Of a stretch of DNA of 32,034 nucleotides, positions 1-7,930 are shown piece after piece. The stretch's first letter is position 1. Each line of letters begins with the position of its first letter. Source of the stretch: a virus (taxonomy: Duplodnaviria; Caudoviricetes). A model generated the notes under the pieces. That model saw nothing but the letters and a program-made list of their open reading frames with translations, did no database searches and was not told where the DNA came from. The position numbers were made by a program, and so were the translations under genes. Location: positions 1 through 32,034 of the IMG/VR virus record IMGVR_UViG_3300033067_000199; one strand, given 5' to 3'.

Positions 1-5
1 TAGGG

Positions 6-707
6 ATGAGGATTGAACAGATTGGCGATGCAACGCTGTATCTGGGTGACTGTAGGGAAGTGCTTCCGACGCTAGGCGAAGTCGGTGCGGTCATAACCGA
101 CCCGCCGTATGGGATCGGGTTCCCTTACGAAACTTATGTAGACACCGAACATAACCTGAACGCATTGATAGATGCGGTCGTTCCGGCGGTGCGGCGAATA
201 GCTAGGCGTGTTGTTATAACGCCTGGCGTCACGAACCTCCAGTCCTACCCGCGCGCTGATTGGATAGGCGCATGGACGTGGGACACAACGGCGACGTATG
301 GGAAGCTTGGCTACAACCAATGGCAGCCAATCTTGTTCTACGGCGAAGAAATTAAAGGCTTCGGCAACATCAATGGTGTCATCAAGGCGGACCGCATCCA
401 TTTTACGGGCGGCTCTGCCAAGCTACAAATGGACACAGACGGCGCGGCACACACATGTCCGAAGCCCCTTGCCTTCGTCCAGCGGCTGGTTGCTCGGTTT
501 AGCCTCGACGGCGAGACTGTGGTTGACCCCTTTATGGGCAGCGGCACGACAGGAGTTGTTTGTACGGAAATGGGGCGCAAATTCATTGGGATTGAGATGG
601 ACCCGAAATACTACGAATTGGCGTTGACGCGCATTGCCAAGGCCAATCGTCAGCCCGACATGTTCATCCAGCCTGCTCCCAAGCCAACACAAGCAGCAAT
701 GCTCTAA
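6..707 (+). CDS. DNA amino-methyltransferase (N6-A/N4-C, beta class)
   Basis: Catalytic DPPY near the N-terminus (ITDPPYG), H-x-CPKP motif, and C-terminal SAM-binding DPFMGSGTT followed by FIGIE. Confidence 0.93.
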   Translation: MRIEQIGDATLYLGDCREVLPTLGEVGAVITDPPYGIGFPYETYVDTEHNLNALIDAVVPAVRRIARRVVITPGVTNLQSYPRADWIGAWTWDTTATYGKLGYNQWQPILFYGEEIKGFGNINGVIKADRIHFTGGSAKLQMDTDGAAHTCPKPLAFVQRLVARFSLDGETVVDPFMGSGTTGVVCTEMGRKFIGIEMDPKYYELALTRIAKANRQPDMFIQPAPKPTQAAML

Positions 708-823
708 TGCCCGACCTCGACCCCACATGGGTACTCTGTCTCTCTGCATTCTGCCTCACGGCATGGATACCAGGAATGCTTGCAGACTGGATCATTTACG
801 CAAACCTCGACAAGGAAATCTGA
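707..823 (+). CDS. Small hydrophobic peptide, 38 aa (MPDLDPTWVLCLSAFCLTAWIPGMLADWIIYANLDKEI); not in the ORF track
   Basis: TAATG stop/start overlap with the methyltransferase; ends 1 nt before the next ATG and fills the gap exactly; one hydrophobic stretch. Confidence 0.5.
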   Translation: MPDLDPTWVLCLSAFCLTAWIPGMLADWIIYANLDKEI

Positions 824-824
824 C

Positions 825-1010
825 ATGAGCACCAACTGTTTCGCTGCTGGCAAGAAAGCCAACTCGACCGGCGTCAAGACCACATACAACATGGGCAAGA
901 AGCCCAATAGCTCCGGTGTCAACGTCACCAAGAGCGCAGGCCAGTCCACCGGGCTGTCCCGTACCGGCGACTCCGGCGGCGCTCCCGTCATGGGCAAGGG
1001 CAAGAAGTGA
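825..1010 (+). CDS. Small basic Gly/Ser/Thr/Lys-rich protein, 61 aa
   Basis: AAGGA upstream of ATG 825; GC-ending codons; internal repeat GKKANSTGV / GKKPNSSGV. Confidence 0.65.
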   Translation: MSTNCFAAGKKANSTGVKTTYNMGKKPNSSGVNVTKSAGQSTGLSRTGDSGGAPVMGKGKK

Positions 1011-1045
1011 CGTAGTGTCACGATTGTTTCTACAGGGCCACAACA

Positions 1046-1297
1046 ATGTTTGAGAAGGGCAAGAGCGGCAACCCCGCTGGCCGTCCTCCCGGCTCCAAGA
1101 ACAAGATCAGCGAGAAGTTCATCGAAGCTCTCACTGCTGACTTCGACCAGCACGGCGTGACCGTGATCGAGAAGGTACGCACCGACAAGCCCGAGAACTA
1201 TCTCAAGATTGTTGCCGACCTCGTGCCGAAAGACTTCAACGTGGGCCAGAACGGCCCCTGGAAGATGACGTTTGAATGGCTGAAGCCGAGCGAATAA
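1046..1297 (+). CDS. terS: Putative terminase small subunit (DUF5681-like N-terminus)
   Basis: FEKGKSGNPAGRPPGSKNK motif; position immediately upstream of terL. Confidence 0.75.
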   Translation: MFEKGKSGNPAGRPPGSKNKISEKFIEALTADFDQHGVTVIEKVRTDKPENYLKIVADLVPKDFNVGQNGPWKMTFEWLKPSE

Positions 1298-1452
1298 TAA
1301 CATACCCGACAGCGCGTTCCGGTCACGAAGACCCGAGGGTTCTGGAGTTTTATAAGCGGGTGATGCGCCGCGCGCTGCAACCGATCAAACAAGTTCCGAA
1401 ACTTCCGGGGCTTGGCAAGGGGCCATGGCAGGCCAAGCCGAACGCGTCGTAA
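1276..1452 (+). CDS. 58-aa ORF bridging terS and terL (MAEAERIITYPTARSGHEDPRVLEFYKRVMRRALQPIKQVPKLPGLGKGPWQAKPNAS); not in the ORF track
   Basis: Open frame overlapping the terS end and the terL start; fills the otherwise empty 1298-1424 gap. Confidence 0.5.
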   Translation: MAEAERIITYPTARSGHEDPRVLEFYKRVMRRALQPIKQVPKLPGLGKGPWQAKPNAS

Positions 1453-2741
1453 TTCCCTACGCGCCGCGCCGCCAGTTTCTGCCATTCCACGATACAGACA
1501 AGCGCTGGTCGATACTTGTAGCGCATCGCCGTGCCGGAAAGACGGTGGCGATTGTCAACCGGCTCATCAAGAGCGCCCTGACATGCCCGCTGCCCAATCC
1601 GAGGACGGCCTATATCGCGCCGCTGTTCAAACAAGCCAAGGATGTGGCCTGGACCTATGTCAAGGAATACACAGCCACTGTGCCAGGCCGTGAAGTCAAT
1701 GAATCCGAACTCCGGGTTGACTTCCCTAATGGTGGAAGATTTCGACTGTACGGTGCCGACAACCCTGACGCTCTCCGAGGCATTTATCTGGATGATGCTG
1801 CTCTCGATGAGTTCGCAGACATGCGACCACGCTTCCTTCCGGAGGTTGTCCGACCTGCTCTCTCAGACCGCCGGGGAAGCCTGACCCTTATCGGCACGCC
1901 CAAGGGGCACAACGAGTTCCACGACCGCTGGCAGGACGCGCTTCAAGACCCTGAATGGTTTCACCTGCTGCTCAAGGCGTCTGAAACCGGGATTGTCGCG
2001 CAGGAAGAACTTGCCAGTGCCGCCAAGCTGATGTCCGAAGCCCAGTATGCGCAGGAATATGAATGCAGCTTTGAAGCGGCGATTGAAGGTGCTTACTACG
2101 GTTCTGCGCTTGAGAAAGCTCAGGCAGAGGGCCGCATTGCCTCGCTGCCGCACAATCCTGCACTGCCCGTCTTTACTGCATGGGATCTGGGCGTCGGAGA
2201 TGATACGAGCATCTGGTTTGCCCAAAGGGTTGGTGGTTGGATTCATGTCATCGACCACTATGCCACGAACGGGGAGCCCGCCAGTCACTACGTGGATGTG
2301 CTTCGGAAGAAGCCCTATACCTATGCCAGTCACTTTCTCCCGCACGATGCCGACAATCGGGAGTGGTCCAACGGCAAATCTCGACTGGAGACACTTAAGG
2401 CTCTTGGACTAGAAAACTGTGTTGTCATCCCGAGGCTTCCCGTTGACGACGGAATTAACGCTGTCCGGCTTCTGCTGCCTATTAGCCGGTTTGCTAGTGA
2501 TACTTGCCGTGCAGGTCTGGAATCTCTCAAGCAGTATCGGCGCGAGTACGACGAGAACAAGCGCACATTCAAGCCAACGCCACTGCACGATTGGTGCTCC
2601 CACGATGCCGATGCCTTCCGGTATCTCGCTGTCGGACTAGAGCCTGACGCGGCGCACCCGCTGGACATTCCCAAATACGCAGGCCGCAGACGCAGATGGG
2701 CGGGCAGCGATACCAACTCTGAATCAGGATGGGCTGCATAA
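1425..2741 (+). CDS. terL: Terminase large subunit
   Basis: Walker A AHRRAGKT, GADNPDALRG, Walker B AALDE, coupling motif IGTP, nuclease AWDLGVGDD and HDADAFRY. Confidence 0.96.
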   Translation: MAGQAERVVIPYAPRRQFLPFHDTDKRWSILVAHRRAGKTVAIVNRLIKSALTCPLPNPRTAYIAPLFKQAKDVAWTYVKEYTATVPGREVNESELRVDFPNGGRFRLYGADNPDALRGIYLDDAALDEFADMRPRFLPEVVRPALSDRRGSLTLIGTPKGHNEFHDRWQDALQDPEWFHLLLKASETGIVAQEELASAAKLMSEAQYAQEYECSFEAAIEGAYYGSALEKAQAEGRIASLPHNPALPVFTAWDLGVGDDTSIWFAQRVGGWIHVIDHYATNGEPASHYVDVLRKKPYTYASHFLPHDADNREWSNGKSRLETLKALGLENCVVIPRLPVDDGINAVRLLLPISRFASDTCRAGLESLKQYRREYDENKRTFKPTPLHDWCSHDADAFRYLAVGLEPDAAHPLDIPKYAGRRRRWAGSDTNSESGWAA

Positions 2742-4985
2742 TTGGCTGATACCGAATCCGACATCCTGTCCGAAAGCGTCCTGCTTGAAGAAATTCGAGC
2801 CCGGTACACGGCTGCCCGCGACCATGCCCGCGACTGGCGCACGGAAGCCCGCGACACGTTCAATATGTACTCTGGCAACCAGTGGTCGGAGGACGACAAG
2901 AACAAGCTCATCGAGCAGGGCAGGGTTCCGGTCACGTTCAACCGCATCTCGGTCTATGTGGACGCCGTTATCGGCTATGAGGTGAACAACCGCCAGGAGA
3001 CGCGCTACATTCCGAGGACGCCGGGCGACGCCAAGGTCAACGAAATGCTGACCGAGGCTGCGAACTACTTCCGGGACCAGTGCGATGCGGAGTTCGAGGA
3101 ATCGGACGCCTTCCGCGACATGATTATTTCTGGTATGGGTTGGACCAATGACCGACTGTCCGACGAACAGAACCCAGATTTTGACTTGGTCCGCGACAGA
3201 GTCGATCCGCTGTCGATGTTGTGGGACCCCTCTGCACGTAAACCTAACCTTGCAGATTCCCGTTACGTATTCTACGAGACGACATACTCGCAAGATGAGG
3301 CTAAGGCTTTGGTGCCCGAGTGGGACGGGCAGTACATTGCTGCTGACTGGCTCACTGACTCCCTAGACGACTCCAATCCCGGCCACAACAACCCCCGCAT
3401 GGACTACAAGGGGCAGGGCGAGTCCACGTCTGCCGTCCGCGATGTCAAGGTGCTGGAATACCAGTATTGCGAGGACAAGCTTGAGCACGTCCTCCAGCAC
3501 CCGACAGGCCCATCCATCACCCTCAGCGACGAGGAATGGGAGCAGCTTGACGACAAGGTCCGCGAGAAATTCGAGCAGGAAGGCATCAAGCACACCACGC
3601 GCCGCAAGCGGGAATGGAAACGCTACTTCCTGATTGGCGCATCGCCGTTCGAGAAGAAGCACCCGTACCCCGAAGGCCCGACCTATCACTGCATCACCGG
3701 CAAGCGCGACCGCAACACCGGGCACTGGTTCGGCATCGTGCGGTCGATGACCGACCCGCAGCGCTGGTCGAACAAGTTCATGTCGCAGATCATGCATCTC
3801 ATCAACTCGTCGGCCAAGCCGGGCTATGACGTTGAGAAGGGCGCGATTGAGAACATCAACAAGTTTATCACCGATTCAGCCAAGCCGGGAGCAGTCAATG
3901 TCTTCGTGGACGGAGCCATTTCGAAGAATCGAGTCCAATATCGTCAGGCGACTGGCCTCCCGCCTGACCTCTCGAACCTCCTGCAATACTCCAATGACGC
4001 TCACAGCGATGTCTCGGGAGTCAATGCTGAACTCCTCGGGATGGCGGATCGCGAACAGGCCGGGGTTTTGGAGTATCAGCGAAAGCAGTCTGCTGTCACG
4101 CTTCTCGCCCCGCTTTTTGACTCGTTCAGACGATACCGCAAGATAGCAGGCCGCTGCTGGCTGTATTTCATGCAGAATTACCTGACGGACGGACGCCTTG
4201 TTCGCATCGTCATGGACGAGCAGCAAGAGCTTCAGGTGCCCTTCCAGAACGGTGAGGTGCCCAACCCGTCGTTTGACCCGCAGCAGGCGCAGGAAATGCA
4301 AGCCGCAGGTCAGGAGCCGCCTCCTGCCGTGTTGCAGTTCTTCGATGCCCAGACGTCCGAATATGACGTCATCGTGGACCAGTCGGCATCAAGCCCGAAC
4401 CTGAAGGAAGCCACCTGGATGGCGCTTCAGCCGCTCATCGAAGTGTTCATGCAGATGGGCGACCCGAACCTGATTGCGCTGCTGCTTGAGTACAGCCCGG
4501 CTCCGGAATCGTTCATGGAGAAGTTCCGGGACATCCAGACGCAGGCCGCTCAGCAGCCGCCGCCTCCCGACCCCGAGATGATGAAGGTCGAAGCCCAGAT
4601 CGAGGGCAAGAAGGCCGAAATCCAGCTCAAGCAGGAATCGCAACAGGTCGAGTTCCAGATGGAGCAGGCCCGCGCCCAGCAGGATATGCAGCTTGAGGTG
4701 ATCCGCCTCCAGAACGAGTTGCAGATTGCCAAGATCAAGGCCGAGAACGAAATCCAGATCGCGCGCATGAAGGCCCAGATGCAGGCCCAGATCGACCGCG
4801 AGAAGGCCAATGCGCAGGTGACGCTGATGTACGCCCAGGCTGACGCCGAAGAGCAGCGCGCCGACCAGCAGTTCGAGGCCGAGAACCAGCGCACCGACTA
4901 CAAGACCGAGGCTGAAGTCAAGCGCCTGGACAAGATGGCGACTGCCAAGGCCAAGGCGGCCAAGAAAGCGAAGCCTGCTGTCTGA
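2742..4985 (+). CDS. Portal protein (P22-like, with long Q/E-rich C-terminal coiled-coil barrel)
   Basis: YSGNQW...GRVPVTFNRI, FGIVRSMTDPQRWSNK, SDVSGVNAELLG, YDVIVDQS motifs; follows terL; TTG start. Confidence 0.92.
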   Translation: MADTESDILSESVLLEEIRARYTAARDHARDWRTEARDTFNMYSGNQWSEDDKNKLIEQGRVPVTFNRISVYVDAVIGYEVNNRQETRYIPRTPGDAKVNEMLTEAANYFRDQCDAEFEESDAFRDMIISGMGWTNDRLSDEQNPDFDLVRDRVDPLSMLWDPSARKPNLADSRYVFYETTYSQDEAKALVPEWDGQYIAADWLTDSLDDSNPGHNNPRMDYKGQGESTSAVRDVKVLEYQYCEDKLEHVLQHPTGPSITLSDEEWEQLDDKVREKFEQEGIKHTTRRKREWKRYFLIGASPFEKKHPYPEGPTYHCITGKRDRNTGHWFGIVRSMTDPQRWSNKFMSQIMHLINSSAKPGYDVEKGAIENINKFITDSAKPGAVNVFVDGAISKNRVQYRQATGLPPDLSNLLQYSNDAHSDVSGVNAELLGMADREQAGVLEYQRKQSAVTLLAPLFDSFRRYRKIAGRCWLYFMQNYLTDGRLVRIVMDEQQELQVPFQNGEVPNPSFDPQQAQEMQAAGQEPPPAVLQFFDAQTSEYDVIVDQSASSPNLKEATWMALQPLIEVFMQMGDPNLIALLLEYSPAPESFMEKFRDIQTQAAQQPPPPDPEMMKVEAQIEGKKAEIQLKQESQQVEFQMEQARAQQDMQLEVIRLQNELQIAKIKAENEIQIARMKAQMQAQIDREKANAQVTLMYAQADAEEQRADQQFEAENQRTDYKTEAEVKRLDKMATAKAKAAKKAKPAV

Positions 4986-5155
4986 TGGACAAGCTGATGC
5001 GTATGCGGCTTGAACAGGAACAGCGCGACCGGAGGCAGGACCTCCGCAGGCGGCTGATGGTCATGGACATGATGTCGATTGTCGCCAAGTCCGGGGCGTC
5101 TGCCCGCAGCACCTATTTCGAGCCCGACTTCATAGACCCCGATTTCATCGAGTAA
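4985..5155 (+). CDS. 56-aa protein (MDKLMRMRLEQEQRDRRQDLRRRLMVMDMMSIVAKSGASARSTYFEPDFIDPDFIE); not in the ORF track
   Basis: TGATG coupling to the portal stop; typical codon usage; fills the gap before 5162. Confidence 0.7.
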   Translation: MDKLMRMRLEQEQRDRRQDLRRRLMVMDMMSIVAKSGASARSTYFEPDFIDPDFIE

Positions 5156-5161
5156 CAGCCC

Positions 5162-6358
5162 ATGACCGTTAATCTCTACACAGGCAATCGCCTCACAAAG
5201 GCGCAGGGCAACGAGAACTTTCGCGTGCTCCGCGCTCTTGCGCCGCCGATTGCGGTCGAGAATGACGACACGGAGATTACCAATACCACCCGTGGCCGGT
5301 GGAAGTCGCTTGTCACGTCAGCCCCGTCCTCGACCGGCGACTGGGACAGCATCCTGACTGCCTTCGACGGCGACCTGTCCAAGATGCAGATCGCCATGGA
5401 GCATCGCATCACGGGTGCGGCCACGCTGGGCCAGCCATCGTCCGGCTATCTATACACGCACGAAACCTCGCCTTTCGCGCTCTATATGTTCAACTCGTCC
5501 GGGCATAACGAGAACGTCGGCAGCAATGACGGTCGCACCTCTGCCGTGGCGCTGGATCTGCACGTCGCCAATGCCGGGCAGGGCGACTGCATGGCGATCC
5601 ACGTCACTGGCAGCGTTACGGGTGCCAAGTCCGGGGCTACGGGCTTTCTCGCAAACCCTGCCGTGTCTGCCTATGTGGCAAGCCTGTTCGCCGCACAGGA
5701 TGGCACATACCTGAACCCGATTGAAATCCTGCTCAACGACAGCGGCAACGACGCGGCGGCTGTTGGCGCGGTATTCAATCTCGACCGCAACGACGCCACG
5801 GCGGCTCTGGGCGAAATCTGGAACGGTGTGCGTGTCCAGGTCATCGGCGCGTCCAAGGTCGATACCGCTTACATGGCGACCGGCTCGCTGATTTCGGTCT
5901 TCGATGCCACTCACGCCACGGCAGATCGGGCCTTCACGATGGCGGGCGGCCAGAAGTTCGACTTCAACGCCGCCGCTGACAGCCGCACCGTCAAGAGCAA
6001 GCCGACCGTCTCCAACTATTATTTCGACTACAGCAGCGGCCGCTTCAACATCGTCATCAACAACCTGCCCGTGCTGACGATGAACACGACGAGCCTGCTG
6101 GCCTACTACCAACTGCGCCCGGCGACGGATGCCACCACGTTCCTTGGCGATGCAGCGGCCCGATGGGTTGCCGTACACGCTTCGCAATACCGCTACGGGC
6201 CGTCCAGCGCTCTCATCTTCCAGGGTGGGGCGGGTTCACCGGAGGGCGTCGTCACAGCCCCTATCGGCTCGCTCTATGGCCGGTCGGACGGAGGTGCTGG
6301 CACCTGTTTGTACGTCAAGGAATCCGGCACCGGCAACACAGGATGGGTCGCCAAGTAA
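5162..6358 (+). CDS. Putative virion fibre/spike protein
   Basis: N-terminal LTxAQxxxNF motif; beta-rich Ala/Gly/Thr body; C-terminal GAGSPEGVVTAPIGSLY...LYVKESGTGNTGW module commonly ending phage spike proteins. Confidence 0.7.
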   Translation: MTVNLYTGNRLTKAQGNENFRVLRALAPPIAVENDDTEITNTTRGRWKSLVTSAPSSTGDWDSILTAFDGDLSKMQIAMEHRITGAATLGQPSSGYLYTHETSPFALYMFNSSGHNENVGSNDGRTSAVALDLHVANAGQGDCMAIHVTGSVTGAKSGATGFLANPAVSAYVASLFAAQDGTYLNPIEILLNDSGNDAAAVGAVFNLDRNDATAALGEIWNGVRVQVIGASKVDTAYMATGSLISVFDATHATADRAFTMAGGQKFDFNAAADSRTVKSKPTVSNYYFDYSSGRFNIVINNLPVLTMNTTSLLAYYQLRPATDATTFLGDAAARWVAVHASQYRYGPSSALIFQGGAGSPEGVVTAPIGSLYGRSDGGAGTCLYVKESGTGNTGWVAK

Positions 6359-6477
6359 TGAACCCCGATTCAGTCATTCTCTCGTTACTGCTCAGCCTCC
6401 AGTCGCAGATTATCGCGCTTCAGGCGCGGGTCCGCGAACTGGAAGTCGAGAAAGCGAAGGCAGATGCTGACGCCTGA
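6358..6477 (+). CDS. 39-aa coiled-coil peptide (MNPDSVILSLLLSLQSQIIALQARVRELEVEKAKADADA), possible fibre chaperone
   Basis: TAATG coupling; Leu/Ile heptads; overlaps the next gene start. Confidence 0.6.
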   Translation: MNPDSVILSLLLSLQSQIIALQARVRELEVEKAKADADA

Positions 6478-7930
6478 CGAACTCGCGCAATACCAGCAGG
6501 ACGCCGAGGACGAGGCCGCTGAAAACAACATTCAGCGGGGCAAGAGGCTGCGCCGTATCGGAGTGCAGTTGCTTGCCATGGCCGCCACGCTGACGGGCAT
6601 CTCGACGGGGACGGGCGGCACCGTGGAAGACCCGCTCGATGCCCCTGTCCTGACATGGGATGGCGAGACGCTGGACCTGCTGCCGGACGTGGGCATTTCC
6701 TACGAGGCAGAGATTGGCGACATCATCACGCTGCGCCGGTCCACGACGTCCGACTTCGCAGCCTACGAGGATGCCAGCGACACCGTTGACAGCCTTGTCC
6801 AGACGCTGGACTTCGACTTCGGCGGCGACTGGGATTCAGGCACCTGGTACATCAAGACATTCTACACCCGCGACAGCGAGGACAGCCCGGACAGCAACAC
6901 GGTCACGGTCACAATCGAGAACGACTTCCTCGATGCCCGCTTCGATGCTGACCGCCTGATCATCCGCGACTCGGTGACGGGTGCCAATGCTTATGACGGC
7001 ACTCCGCAAGGCAAACTCACGGCCACGGTCAGCGCCAACGGCACATTCATCAATGCCTCTGGCGTCATCACGCAGGCAACGGCCAACACGCTGCGCATTG
7101 ACTATGACCCGGTGACGCTGGCTTGCAACGGCCTTCTGGCTGAAGAGCAGCGCATCAACCTGTTTCTTAATTCCACTATCACCGGCACTAATCTTGCCAC
7201 GCAGAACGTCACCACTTCGGCAACCGCCTACACGCTGTCCTTCTACGGGACCGGCACCATCACCCTGTCGGGCACGTCCACGGCTGGGCCTCTGGTTGGC
7301 ACCGGAGCCTATCCCAACCGCGTCACGCTGACCTTCACGCCGACAGCCGGAACGCTGACCTGCACGGTGTCTGGCAATGTCCAATATGCCCAGATCGAGG
7401 CAGGGGTATTCGCCACGTCATTTATCCCGACTGCGGGAGCCACTGTTACGCGGGCCGCCGACGTCGTTTCCATCCTGGGTTCCAGCTTCCCGATGAGCGC
7501 CACGGCCTGGACCGTTATAGCAGAAGCCACAACCCGCATCCCGTCCCCCGCATCGGACGGAGCGGCCAAGGCACTCTATGGGATCAGCAACAACACGTTC
7601 AACGAGTCCAATTACATCGTCCGCAACGCGAGCGCCGCGACCCTCGGATGTGCAGTCGTAGACGGCGGCGCTGGACAGGCCACATTCACGGCCTTTTCCC
7701 CGACGGTGGACACGACATTCAAGGTTGCCTTTGCAGTCGAAGCAAACAACCTCGGCCTGTGTTTCAACGGCACACTCAGCACGGACGCCACCGCCACGCT
7801 CCCGACCGTTGACCGGCTTTACATCGGTTCGAGCTGGGCGGGCACCGCAGCATGGTGCGGCCACATCAAGCGGCTGACCTATCTCAAGCGCCGCATCACC
7901 AACACCGAATTGCAGAGTCTGACAGCCTAA
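6464..7930 (+). CDS. Fibre protein: Ig-like domain plus head-spike-fibre-type / LamG (ConA-like) carbohydrate-binding region
   Basis: LRIDYDPVT...GLLxEEQRxNL and QIEAGxFATSFIPTAGATVTRAAD motifs; C-terminal RLYIG...GHIKRLTY...LQSLT LamG-like end. Confidence 0.75.
   Translation: MLTPDELAQYQQDAEDEAAENNIQRGKRLRRIGVQLLAMAATLTGISTGTGGTVEDPLDAPVLTWDGETLDLLPDVGISYEAEIGDIITLRRSTTSDFAAYEDASDTVDSLVQTLDFDFGGDWDSGTWYIKTFYTRDSEDSPDSNTVTVTIENDFLDARFDADRLIIRDSVTGANAYDGTPQGKLTATVSANGTFINASGVITQATANTLRIDYDPVTLACNGLLAEEQRINLFLNSTITGTNLATQNVTTSATAYTLSFYGTGTITLSGTSTAGPLVGTGAYPNRVTLTFTPTAGTLTCTVSGNVQYAQIEAGVFATSFIPTAGATVTRAADVVSILGSSFPMSATAWTVIAEATTRIPSPASDGAAKALYGISNNTFNESNYIVRNASAATLGCAVVDGGAGQATFTAFSPTVDTTFKVAFAVEANNLGLCFNGTLSTDATATLPTVDRLYIGSSWAGTAAWCGHIKRLTYLKRRITNTELQSLTA

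Noticed and set aside
1007-1033. GTGAC-GTAGT-GTCAC inverted repeat before terS as operator, pac site or pseudoknot
   Set aside because: A 5-bp stem is expected by chance, the pseudoknot would need a zero-length loop, and no second copy was seen.
2739-2744. terL TAA directly followed in frame by the portal TTG (possible TerL-portal read-through fusion)
   Set aside because: TAA is an efficient stop, an AGGA lies upstream of the TTG, and both proteins look complete; adjacency alone is not evidence.
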